NCBI GenBank assembly: GCA_041690135.1
Contig: JAWLHY010000002.1
Span: forward strand, 912,342 to 976,341
DNA from: Armatimonadota bacterium
GTDB lineage: Bacteria > Armatimonadota > SYMT01
Length of the DNA stretch: 64,000 bases
Direction: 5' to 3'
Part shown: positions 20,654 through 29,786 of the stretch, piece after piece
Layout: each line of letters opens with the position of its first letter
Position numbering within the stretch: the stretch's first letter is position 1
Notes under the pieces: generated by a model
Told to the model about the DNA's origin: nothing
What the model saw: the letters and a program-made list of their open reading frames with translations, nothing else
The model's database searches: none
Position numbers and translations under genes: made by a program

Positions 20654-21508
20654 TTACAGGATTTTGGCGGCGCGGAAGATCCAGAAGAGGGGGTCGCGCA
20701 CCCGGAACGGAGCGGGTTCTCCGAGGAGCCGGAGTTGCCCACTCGCGTCGCGGACCGGGCGGTGGCCGAGCGAGGAGAGCCCGCAGAAGTGGGTGTTCGG
20801 CGGCAGGGAAGCGATCAGGTTATGTGCCCGGCGCTCGGGAAACATCCACCACTCCCGGAAGCGGTTGGAGAGGCTCTCCATCTCCATGAGGTAGGTCTCC
20901 AACTCCCAAGAGCGCGGTGGATGGCCCGGCCAGTAGTCGCTGATGGTGTCCACCCACTCGTCCGTGTTCCGCAGCTCGTCCATCTTGGAGAGAGCAATGA
21001 TCATGTGCTTCTTGTCGCAGCCCGGCACCACCCGCCGCACCCGGTCGATGACCCGAGCCGCGGAGAGGGCGCTGAAGTCCGGCTGCGTGGGGTCGAAGAG
21101 GAAGATGAAGTCGTCGGTGTCCTGCAGGTAAGGGGCATCCGCGAGGGCGGCTTCATCGCTGGCAAACACCTCGCCCGCCACGTCATAAAACGTCAGCCAG
21201 ATCTTCCGGCGGCGTCCTTTCCGGGCGCAGGGCACGCCCATGAACTCCAGTATGGCGGGCTGCGGGTCGGAACTGCGGGGGTTGGCGGGCGGGAGCATCC
21301 GTTCGTCGAGCGTCTTGGCATTGCCGTAGAACACGTCGTCCGCCTTGGGGTTCACCGCCTTGACGGCAAAGCGCTCCTCTCCTTGTTTGAACGTCTCCGC
21401 CAGCGCGAAGAAGCAATCCCAGAACATCCCCGCCAGAAAAACCGTTTTGCCATGACCGGGAAGTCCGATGGTGGCCACGGTACGCCGCTTGGGCCCAAAC
21501 CAGAACAT
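20654..21508 (-). CDS. TRAFAC-class GTPase (Double-GTPase 2-like)
   Basis: G1 GLPGHGKT, G3 YDVAGE, FLFDP, G4 SKMD, G5 SSLG, and C-terminal PFRVRDPLFWI. Confidence 0.8.
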   Translation of the reverse strand: MFWFGPKRRTVATIGLPGHGKTVFLAGMFWDCFFALAETFKQGEERFAVKAVNPKADDVFYGNAKTLDERMLPPANPRSSDPQPAILEFMGVPCARKGRRRKIWLTFYDVAGEVFASDEAALADAPYLQDTDDFIFLFDPTQPDFSALSAARVIDRVRRVVPGCDKKHMIIALSKMDELRNTDEWVDTISDYWPGHPPRSWELETYLMEMESLSNRFREWWMFPERRAHNLIASLPPNTHFCGLSSLGHRPVRDASGQLRLLGEPAPFRVRDPLFWIFRAAKIL

Positions 21509-21517
21509 CTTGTCCCT

Positions 21518-23419
21518 TTACTCCGCTCTACCGGCCGCCAGCCCCTGGGTCGGAATCGCCGCATCGGAAGGCGTGATGGAACCCACACCCTCCCACTCTG
21601 TAGGCTGGCTCTTCTCCAGTTCTCCCTCGCTGACGATCAGGTCCTCCGTGCAGCCATGACGATCCTCTGCAAGACCGAGAAACCTTTCTGCCGTAACGCC
21701 GTACCGCACCTTCGCCAGGCGCGCTTCCAGGACGTTGCGAATCGCCGCGTCGGGCGCCGTCTCGGAGACGCAGAAGACCACCTCTTCCCACCGCGGCCCG
21801 GAGAGCCCCGGCAGGCGGGCGATCCGGTCGAGAGCTTCTCCCAGCGCCAGGGGCTCACCGGCGGCCAGGTGCAGCCAGATCTCCTGTATCTCACAGAGGT
21901 CCGGCACGGCAAAGAAGGCGGACGGCGTGCGCTCGGGATCGTCCAGGTTCACCACGTAGTTGAGCCGGTCCGGAGCAGCCTCGCAGAGCCAGCCGCCACC
22001 GAGGTCGTGGCGGTGACGCGAATCCATGGCCTGGGTGAGTGCCCAGAGATCCGGCGCGCAGAGCACGGCCAGCGTACGGACCGGCGCCGTGGGGGTGTGC
22101 ACCCACCCGCTGGCGCGCGGTCCCTCACCCAGGAACTCTCGCGCCGGGACTCCGACCTGGAGGGTGCCGAAACGACTCTCGAGCAGGGCCGTGAGTGACG
22201 GGTGGGGGTGCGGGTTCTCCAGGCAGACCGTTACCTGTTCCAGCCGGGAGGTGTCTGCCCCCGCCAGCCGGAAGAACCGCTGGAGCCAACTTTCCAGCGC
22301 CTGCGGGTGATCCGGTAGGTTTTCGATCCAGAGCGCCTCGACCTGGCGGAATGCGGACCGGAGGGGGCTCCTCTCCGGCCCCGCTTCGGCGTATTCCATG
22401 CAGATCACCCGCGCTTCCCGGTCGAAACGGTTCCGATAGCGGTCCTGTTTGCCCAGGAGGGAATGCCCTTGTCGATCCGTCACGCCCCGCAGGGCCGCGA
22501 GGTCCTCATCCGTTAGCACGGCCAGGACCTGTTCGTGCCGGTCCGCCACCGGTGTTGCCGCGAGGATGCGGGGTACGCGGTCCGCGGGAATGTCGTACTC
22601 CACCTGGTCCCAGCGGGTGGCGAGGACATTGCGCGCGGCCGGCGCGACGGCTCCGGGCCCAACCAGGATGCGGAGGCGTTCGGACAGCGCCTGTGGGGCA
22701 GGCCTCCGGAGCAGGCCGTCCAGCACTTCACCCAAACGCAGCGCCTCCTGCGCGGTCGGCCCGATCCACAGCGCGTCGAGATGGGCAGAGGCGTGCTGCT
22801 CAGGATTCCACCCCTCTGCCGGCGACGCCTCGAGGTCCAGGACAAAAGTCAGGACTGAACCGTCATCGTGATGGGCATAGGTGTCGTGACGTGTCCAACC
22901 CTGCCTCACGGCGCGGCGGAAAGCGTCGAAATCCGCCCGGCGCGGGGCACCGACCACCCGCACGCGCCGCTCGTGATGGACGGTCGGATCGCAACGGCCT
23001 CCGCAGTGGAGGCACCGGGCCAGCACGCCGATACCGCGCCGCGCGCCCCGCGGAAAGAGCTGCTTGCGGCAACGGCGACATGCGTTCTCGCCAAAGCCCT
23101 CGGTCTGCGCCGTCCAGGGGTGGACCTCCTGCCCGCAGCCTCCGCAGCCGTGGCGGAAGAGGCCGAAATGGAGGCAATGCGGGCAGAGAAACCGGTGACC
23201 CAGGTAATGGTGACGGTGAATCTCCTCCTGCTGTCGCAGCCAACCGAACAGGCCGGTGACACCCAACGACACCAACAGGACCAGCAGCGCCCCGCCGGCC
23301 ATCTGCGACAGCGGCAGGTTGGTCCACCGGCCTCCGGCCAGCGCCGTCAGCAGCAGTAGCAGCAGCAATGGAGATAGTCGAGCGACGATTCGCATCAAAG
23401 GGTGATTGGGGAGCAGCAT
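21518..23419 (-). CDS. Membrane-anchored protein with four CxxC motifs and three tandem ~145-aa alpha/beta repeats
   Basis: Two N-terminal hydrophobic helices; CPHC, CGGC, CRRC, CLHC; repeated ALWI/EIWL and LxxRxxxVxYxxxAxxF-like motifs. Confidence 0.7.
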   Translation of the reverse strand: MLLPNHPLMRIVARLSPLLLLLLLTALAGGRWTNLPLSQMAGGALLVLLVSLGVTGLFGWLRQQEEIHRHHYLGHRFLCPHCLHFGLFRHGCGGCGQEVHPWTAQTEGFGENACRRCRKQLFPRGARRGIGVLARCLHCGGRCDPTVHHERRVRVVGAPRRADFDAFRRAVRQGWTRHDTYAHHDDGSVLTFVLDLEASPAEGWNPEQHASAHLDALWIGPTAQEALRLGEVLDGLLRRPAPQALSERLRILVGPGAVAPAARNVLATRWDQVEYDIPADRVPRILAATPVADRHEQVLAVLTDEDLAALRGVTDRQGHSLLGKQDRYRNRFDREARVICMEYAEAGPERSPLRSAFRQVEALWIENLPDHPQALESWLQRFFRLAGADTSRLEQVTVCLENPHPHPSLTALLESRFGTLQVGVPAREFLGEGPRASGWVHTPTAPVRTLAVLCAPDLWALTQAMDSRHRHDLGGGWLCEAAPDRLNYVVNLDDPERTPSAFFAVPDLCEIQEIWLHLAAGEPLALGEALDRIARLPGLSGPRWEEVVFCVSETAPDAAIRNVLEARLAKVRYGVTAERFLGLAEDRHGCTEDLIVSEGELEKSQPTEWEGVGSITPSDAAIPTQGLAAGRAE

Positions 23420-23704
23420 GTCGGTGCTTCAGCCGGTTCTCAATTGCGCGGTTCTCCACCGGCGGCGAGCGGGCGCGCTCGGGGACGGTGTTGTTGCGGA
23501 GCCCCGGGGTCCAGCTCGGGGAACATTCCCACCTCTGTGAACGAAGGCAATCCCCACCGGGTTGCGGCTTCGCAGGAGCGCGGTGTCGCGAAGAAGCCGC
23601 AACTTCACTCGATGCCCGTAACCTTCGGGAGGAATGCGGAACTCGCGGAGGGAACAGCCAGATTGGTCTCGACGGTAGAAGCAGCGGGAGAGGGTTCGAG
23701 TTCA

Positions 23705-24280
23705 GTGGCAGGCCGCATCGAGGTGATAACAGGACCGATGTTCAGCGGTAAGTCCACGGAACTCCTGCGCCGGTTGCGCCTCGCGCAGATCGCGCGGAAG
23801 CGGACGGCGGCGTTCAAGCACGTTTCCGACGCGCGGTACGCGGAGGATGAAATCGCCACCCACGCGGAGCAGCGGGGTTGGGCGATGGCCATCTCCACGC
23901 CGCAGGAGATCCTGGAGTCCTGGCATTGCCGGGGCGCTTCGGTGATCGGGATCGACGAGGCTCAATTCTTTGACAGCAGTTTGGTGGAGGTCGTCGAGAC
24001 CCTGGCCTCGCGCGGCAAGCGCGTGCTGGTGGCCGGCTTGAACCAGGACTCCTTCGGGCGTCCATTCGGGCCGATGCCGGACCTGATGGCCCGGGCAGAC
24101 GAGGTGCTGCTGGTGCGCGCGGTCTGCATGGTCTGCGGGGAGGATGCGACGAAGTCTTTCCGGAAGGCGGGCGCGCAGATGTCCCAGGTGCTGGTTGGCG
24201 CGGAACAGGAATACGAGGCGCGATGCCGCGCCTGCTGGCAAACCGGCGAGGAGCAGAAGGGGTTGGGAGCGGGCGATTGA
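23705..24280 (+). CDS. tdk: Thymidine kinase
   Basis: GPMFSGKSTELL, IDEAQFF, VAGL, CMVC and YEARCRAC; the start could be upstream (23612). Confidence 0.95.
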   Translation: MAGRIEVITGPMFSGKSTELLRRLRLAQIARKRTAAFKHVSDARYAEDEIATHAEQRGWAMAISTPQEILESWHCRGASVIGIDEAQFFDSSLVEVVETLASRGKRVLVAGLNQDSFGRPFGPMPDLMARADEVLLVRAVCMVCGEDATKSFRKAGAQMSQVLVGAEQEYEARCRACWQTGEEQKGLGAGD

Positions 24281-24387
24281 TCTTAAAGATACCAGGCAGG
24301 CGGCGTGCCGTTGCAGGAAGTCCGGGGCAGGTTTGACGAATATTTTGCGGAAGCGGAACACGCTTCTGTCGCGGGTCGTCCGAACGA

Positions 24388-25281
24388 ATGGGTAGGTGTG
24401 AGGCGCGATTGAGTGGAATAAGCGGTAAGACGCAAGTTTTCTGCGTGTTGGGTCACCCGATTGCGCATTCGCTCTCGCCCGCGATGCAGAACGCGGCGCT
24501 CGCCCGGATGGGCATCGACGGGGTTTACGTGGCTTTCGACGTGGCGCCGGAGAACTTGCCGGAGGCGGTGGCCGGTTTGCAGGCGTTGGGAGTGCGCGGA
24601 GTCAACTGCACCATTCCGCATAAGCTGGCGCTGTTGTCCCTAGTAGACGAACTGTCCGACGAGGCGGCATTCATCGGCGCGGCGAACACCCTGGTGTTCC
24701 GGGATGGGAAGCGGTACGGCTACAACACGGACGCTTCCGGATTCCTTGCGGCTCTGCGGGCCGAAGGCGTCGATCCGGCCGGACGGCGGGCGGTGGTGCT
24801 AGGAGCGGGGGGCGCGGCTCGTGCCGTGCTGGTGGCTTTGGGACGGGCGGGCGCCCAAATAACGGTGGCAAATCGCACCTTGGGGCGAGCCCAGGAATTA
24901 GCAGCGGATTTGAATCGTAAATTAGGTGCAGGGCCGGAGGTGCAGGCGGTTCCGATGTGCGAAGAGGCTCTTGGGCCGGCGTTGCGGAAGGCCGATCTTC
25001 TGGTCAACACCACTTCGGCAGGGATGAGCCCGCGGGGGGATGAAATGCCTCCGGTGCCGCTCGATGCGGTTCACCCCGGGCTTTTTGTTTACGATCTGAT
25101 TTACAACCCTCTCGAAACGCGGTTGCTCCGGGAAGCCCGGCTCCGCGGCGCGCGAGGGACCCACGGAGCGGGGATGCTGGCTCACCAGGGCGCCCAGGCG
25201 CTGGAGCTCTGGACCGGGCAGCCCGCCCCGGCGGAATTGATGGAGCGGGTGATCTTGGAGAGCCTGGCGGAGCGGTGCTGA
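24388..25281 (+). CDS. aroE: Shikimate dehydrogenase
   Basis: GHPIAHSLSP, NCTIPHK, NTD, GAGGAAR, NRT, YDLIYNP, and GMLAHQG. Confidence 0.95.
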   Translation: MGRCEARLSGISGKTQVFCVLGHPIAHSLSPAMQNAALARMGIDGVYVAFDVAPENLPEAVAGLQALGVRGVNCTIPHKLALLSLVDELSDEAAFIGAANTLVFRDGKRYGYNTDASGFLAALRAEGVDPAGRRAVVLGAGGAARAVLVALGRAGAQITVANRTLGRAQELAADLNRKLGAGPEVQAVPMCEEALGPALRKADLLVNTTSAGMSPRGDEMPPVPLDAVHPGLFVYDLIYNPLETRLLREARLRGARGTHGAGMLAHQGAQALELWTGQPAPAELMERVILESLAERC

Positions 25282-25396
25282 ACGCGCCGGGACCAGGATG
25301 GATGGTTCCTTTGTAGATTGCTGGTCGTGCGGGCGGAGATTCTACGCCCGCGTCAACGGCTTTCGACGATACGTGTTCGTGAGGATGCGGTAAGCC

Positions 25397-27166
25397 ATGG
25401 CCCAAATGATGCGCAAAGATATCGGCGACCTGCTCTTCCAGGGGAAAGTGATCACCCAGGAGCAGCTGGTTCAGGCTCGCGAGATGCAGAGCAAGACCGG
25501 GCAGGACCTGGCCGAGGTGCTCAAGGAGAACTTCCAGGTCAGCGCGTGGCACATCCTCACCGCCCGCGGCTACATGGCGGGGATGAAGGCGATCGACCTC
25601 GAAAAGAACCCGCCGGACCCGAGCTGCCTCAATCTCATTCAGCCGCGGATCGCCAACCTCCACAAGATCATCCCCGTGATGAAGACGGCCCAGAACGGCC
25701 AGAACATCCTGATCGTGGCGCTGGCCGACCCGAATAACCTGATGGCGCTCGACGATGTCCAGCAGGCCACCCGGATCAAGCCGCAGCCGGTGCTGGCCGA
25801 CGCAAAGCAGGTCGAGGCGCTCCTCAAAAAGCATTACGACACCGCCCAGGAGACGGCGCCCGTGCCCGCGGAGAAGAGCGCCGCGCCGGCCGAGCCCGCC
25901 GGGAGCGGCATTGCCGACATCACCAAGGCGATCGGCGAAATGGGGGACTACGACACGGAGGCCATCGCGGACGGCGACGACTCCGAGGTGGTCCAGGGCC
26001 CCGTCATGCGCATCGCGCACTCCATTATCCAGGAAGCGGTGAAGGCGGGAGCCTCCGACATCCATATCGAGCCGGGAGCGCGCAACGTCCGGATTCGCTA
26101 TCGCGTGGACGGCGTGCTTCACGAAGTGATGACCCTGCCCCGCTACGTTCACCCGCCGCTCAGCTCCCGCTACAAGATCATGGCGGAAATGAACATCGCC
26201 GAGCGCCGCGTGCCGCAGGACGGTCGTATCGGGATCAACTACCAGAACAAAGACTACGACCTCCGCGTGAGCTGTCTCCCGACGCTGATGGGTGAGAAGA
26301 TCGTTATGCGTATCCTCGATAAGGGGAACGTTATGATCGGTCTCAACAAGCTGGGCTTCTTCCCGGACACCATGACCCAGCTCGAGCGGCTCTTTACCCA
26401 GCCGAACGGAATGCTCCTGGTGACGGGGCCTACCGGGGCCGGAAAGTCCACCACCCTCTACTCGGTGCTCAACCGGATCAACTCCGTCGAGCGGAACATT
26501 ATGACCGTCGAAGACCCGGTGGAATACCAGCTCCCCGGTATCAGCCAGGTCGCCGTGCTCCGCAAAGCGGGTTTGACTTTCGCCACCGCGCTCCGCTCCT
26601 TCATGCGCCAGGACCCCGACATCATCATGGTGGGTGAAATCCGCGACCTGGAAACGGCGGAAATGGCCATCCAGGCCTCCCTCACCGGCCACCTCGTGCT
26701 CTCCACCCTCCACACGAACGACGCTCCTTCCAGCGTAACCCGTCTCGTGGACATGGGGGTGGAACCGTTCCTGGTTTCCGCGACCCTCATCGGGGCCCTC
26801 GCCCAGCGCCTGGGACGCCGCATCTGCGAGAACTGCAAGGAGCAGTATGAAGTGGACGCGGTGGAGATCGCCAACCTCGGCTATAAGCCCGAGGACCCGT
26901 CGGAGAAGCTGCAACTCTGGCGCGGGCGCGGCTGCGAGAAGTGCCGCTACACCGGTTACAAGGGCCGCATCGGCATCTACGAGATGATGACCGTGAACGC
27001 CGACGTGGCCGAAATGGTCGTGCGGCGCGCGCCCGTTTCCGAGGTACGGAACGCGGCGCGGGCGAACGGAATGAAGACCCTCCAGGAAGACGGCCTCCGG
27101 AAAGTCCTGGCGGGCATCACCACTCCCGAAGAGATCCAGCGCGTCGTCTTCACCGGCGGCCACTAA
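25397..27166 (+). CDS. pilB: Type IV pilus extension ATPase PilB
   Basis: MshEN-like N-terminus; ASDIHIEP; GPTGAGKSTT; RQDPDIIMVGEIRD; HLVLSTLHTND; tetracysteine CENC/CEKC. Confidence 0.93.
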   Translation: MAQMMRKDIGDLLFQGKVITQEQLVQAREMQSKTGQDLAEVLKENFQVSAWHILTARGYMAGMKAIDLEKNPPDPSCLNLIQPRIANLHKIIPVMKTAQNGQNILIVALADPNNLMALDDVQQATRIKPQPVLADAKQVEALLKKHYDTAQETAPVPAEKSAAPAEPAGSGIADITKAIGEMGDYDTEAIADGDDSEVVQGPVMRIAHSIIQEAVKAGASDIHIEPGARNVRIRYRVDGVLHEVMTLPRYVHPPLSSRYKIMAEMNIAERRVPQDGRIGINYQNKDYDLRVSCLPTLMGEKIVMRILDKGNVMIGLNKLGFFPDTMTQLERLFTQPNGMLLVTGPTGAGKSTTLYSVLNRINSVERNIMTVEDPVEYQLPGISQVAVLRKAGLTFATALRSFMRQDPDIIMVGEIRDLETAEMAIQASLTGHLVLSTLHTNDAPSSVTRLVDMGVEPFLVSATLIGALAQRLGRRICENCKEQYEVDAVEIANLGYKPEDPSEKLQLWRGRGCEKCRYTGYKGRIGIYEMMTVNADVAEMVVRRAPVSEVRNAARANGMKTLQEDGLRKVLAGITTPEEIQRVVFTGGH

Positions 27167-27183
27167 GTTAAAGGAGATCGGTC

Positions 27184-28461
27184 TTGTCGCAACAGCCATT
27201 CCAGCCGGGGCAGGGGATGCCCCAGGGTCAGCCGACCGCCGGTGTTCCGGGGCAGCCGGGAGCCGTACCCGGTCAGCAGCAGCCGGGTGTCCAGCCGACC
27301 TACGCGCAGCCTAAGCCCGCCGCGCCGAAGGTGCTCCCGCTCGAAGAGGCCCACATCGACGACCTGCTCCGGCTGGTGGTCGAATGGAAGGGCTCCGACC
27401 TCCATATGACGGTCGGCGTTCCCCCCGTCATCCGCACGGACGGCGCTCTCCAGCCGACGCCCTACGAGCGCCTCACGCCGCAGGTGGCACAGCGGATGTG
27501 CTACGACATCCTTACCGACGAGCAGATCCAGCGGTTCGAAAGCACGCTGGAGCTGGACTTCTCCTACCAGGTGCCCCGGCTCGCCCGCTTCCGCGTGAAT
27601 ATCTTCAAGGAGCGCGGCAACCTGGCGGCGGCCCTCCGGCGGATCCCCCAGGTCATTCCCACCCTCGAAGAGCTGGCGCTGCCCAACATTCTGAAAGAGA
27701 TCGCGCACAAGCCGCGCGGCCTCATCCTCGTGTGCGGCCCGACGGGATCTGGGAAGTCCACCACGCTGGCGGCCATGATCAACGAGATCAACACCACCCG
27801 CAGCGAGCACATCCTGACCATCGAGGACCCGATCGAATTCGTCCACCCGCACAAGTACAGCGTGGTGGCCCAGCGCGAGTTGGGAATGGACACGCGGAGC
27901 TTTTCGGCCGCTCTGAAATCCGCTCTTCGCGAAGACCCGGACGTGATCCTCGTCGGGGAAATGCGAGACATGGAGACGATGCAGTTGGCCGTCTCCGCGG
28001 CGGAAACCGGCCACCTCGTCTTCGCCACCCTGCACACCAACAGCGCCGCCCAAACCGTGGACCGCATCGTCGACGTCTTCCCGCCGGGGCAGCAGGGGCA
28101 GATCCGCACCCAGCTCTCCAACAACCTGGAAGCGGTGATCGTGCAGCAGCTTTTGCGCAAATCCAACCAGCCGGGCCGCGTTTGCGCCCTGGAGATCATG
28201 GCCGCCTCCCCGGCTATTCGGAACCTGATTCGCGAAGGCAAGTCGCACCAGATCAACTCCATGATCCAGATCAGCAACAACCTGGGCATGCAAACGATGG
28301 ACCAGTGCCTCCGGGATCTTTACGCCAAGGGCCTGATCACTTACGATGATGCCATCGCCCGCGCGATGCAGCCGGAAGAGTTGAAGAAGATGATCAGCGG
28401 CGGCGCCACGATGGTGCCGGGTGCCCCCGGCGCGGGCAGCGGACAGCACGGCGGTCACTAG
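27184..28461 (+). CDS. pilT: Type IV pilus retraction ATPase PilT
   Basis: GSDLH, GPTGSGKSTT, LREDPDVILVGEMRD, and the PilT-specific AIRNLIRE; TTG start after AAGGAG. Confidence 0.95.
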   Translation: MSQQPFQPGQGMPQGQPTAGVPGQPGAVPGQQQPGVQPTYAQPKPAAPKVLPLEEAHIDDLLRLVVEWKGSDLHMTVGVPPVIRTDGALQPTPYERLTPQVAQRMCYDILTDEQIQRFESTLELDFSYQVPRLARFRVNIFKERGNLAAALRRIPQVIPTLEELALPNILKEIAHKPRGLILVCGPTGSGKSTTLAAMINEINTTRSEHILTIEDPIEFVHPHKYSVVAQRELGMDTRSFSAALKSALREDPDVILVGEMRDMETMQLAVSAAETGHLVFATLHTNSAAQTVDRIVDVFPPGQQGQIRTQLSNNLEAVIVQQLLRKSNQPGRVCALEIMAASPAIRNLIREGKSHQINSMIQISNNLGMQTMDQCLRDLYAKGLITYDDAIARAMQPEELKKMISGGATMVPGAPGAGSGQHGGH

Positions 28462-28508
28462 GTTAGGGCCGGGCGGCGAGTGCCCGGCAGATACACGGAG
28501 AGATACCT

Positions 28509-29756
28509 ATGCCTACCTTCCAGTACGTGGTCCGGGACCAGGCCGGCAAGGAGAAGAAGGGCGTCAAAGAGGCGGAAAGCCAGGGCGCGCTGGTGCGGAT
28601 GCTGCGGGAACAGGGTTTCACCGTCAAGAGCATCAAGCAGACCAAGGGCGCCGCGGGTACGGCGAAGAAGTCCGCGCCGCCGCGGGGCGGGGTGAAGCTG
28701 ACCGAGCTCTCCGTCTTCTGTCGCCAGTTCTCGACCATGGTGGACGCCGGCGTTTCGCTCGTGCGGTGTCTCTCCGTGCTCCAGGAGCAGTCGCAGAACC
28801 CCAAGCTCCGGCGGATCGTGGCGGATATCCAGGCCGAGGTGGAAGGGGGGAACACCCTCTCCAAGGCCATGGCCAAGTACCCGCGCGTCTTCAACAACCT
28901 GTTCATCGGCCTGGTGAAGGCGGGAGAGGTCGGCGGTGTGCTGGAAGAAAGTCTCCAGCGTCTCTCGCACTTCCTGGAAAAGGACGTGGAGCTCCGCCGC
29001 AAGGTGAAGTCCGCCATGACCTACCCGGTCATCGTTATGGTCGTGGCGGTGCTCATCGTCGTCGGTCTCGTCACCTTCATCCTGCCCAAGTTCTTCAAGC
29101 TGTTCGAGGAACTGGGGGTGAAGGAATTCCCGGCGATGACCCTCTTCCTGAAGCAGGCCTCCGACTTCTTGACCATGGGCTTCCCCACCCGCCAGATCGT
29201 GATCGGCATTGTGGTGTCGCTGCTGGTCGTCGGTTTCAAGATGTTCGTCCGCACCAAGTTCGGCAAGCGGGTCTATGACCGTTTCAAGCTGAAGGTGCCG
29301 GTGTTCGGCAGCCTGAACCACAAGATCGCCCTGGCGCGCTTCTCCCGCACGCTCGGCACGCTCCTGGTCTCCGGTGTTCCCATCCTTCAAGCTCTGGAGA
29401 CGGTGGCCGGAACCGTCGATAATGACATCCTGGCCGACTCGATCATGCACGCCCGAGCCCGCATTCGGGAAGGGGACCGGATCGGGGATCCGCTGAAGAA
29501 GAGCGGCCTCTTCCCACCGATGGTGGTCCAGATGATCAGCATCGGGGAGGAGTCCGGCGCGCTCGACTCGATGTTGACCAAGGTCGCCGAGTTCTATGAA
29601 TCGGAAGTGGACGCCGCGCTGGAAAGCTTGACCGCCGCCATCGAACCGGTCATGATCGTCTTCCTGGGTGGCTGCGTCGGCTTCATCGTTGTCGCCATGT
29701 TCATGCCGATGGTCAGCATCATCCAGAACCTGTCCGGCGGCGGTGGCGAAGAGTAG
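28509..29756 (+). CDS. pilC: Type IV pilus platform protein PilC (GspF family)
   Basis: FCRQFSTMVDAGV, AGEVGG, AMTYP, IGEESGALD and IEP; three TM helices. Confidence 0.95.
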   Translation: MPTFQYVVRDQAGKEKKGVKEAESQGALVRMLREQGFTVKSIKQTKGAAGTAKKSAPPRGGVKLTELSVFCRQFSTMVDAGVSLVRCLSVLQEQSQNPKLRRIVADIQAEVEGGNTLSKAMAKYPRVFNNLFIGLVKAGEVGGVLEESLQRLSHFLEKDVELRRKVKSAMTYPVIVMVVAVLIVVGLVTFILPKFFKLFEELGVKEFPAMTLFLKQASDFLTMGFPTRQIVIGIVVSLLVVGFKMFVRTKFGKRVYDRFKLKVPVFGSLNHKIALARFSRTLGTLLVSGVPILQALETVAGTVDNDILADSIMHARARIREGDRIGDPLKKSGLFPPMVVQMISIGEESGALDSMLTKVAEFYESEVDAALESLTAAIEPVMIVFLGGCVGFIVVAMFMPMVSIIQNLSGGGGEE

Positions 29757-29786
29757 CACGCCGTATGTTTCGAGTCGCTTGACTTC

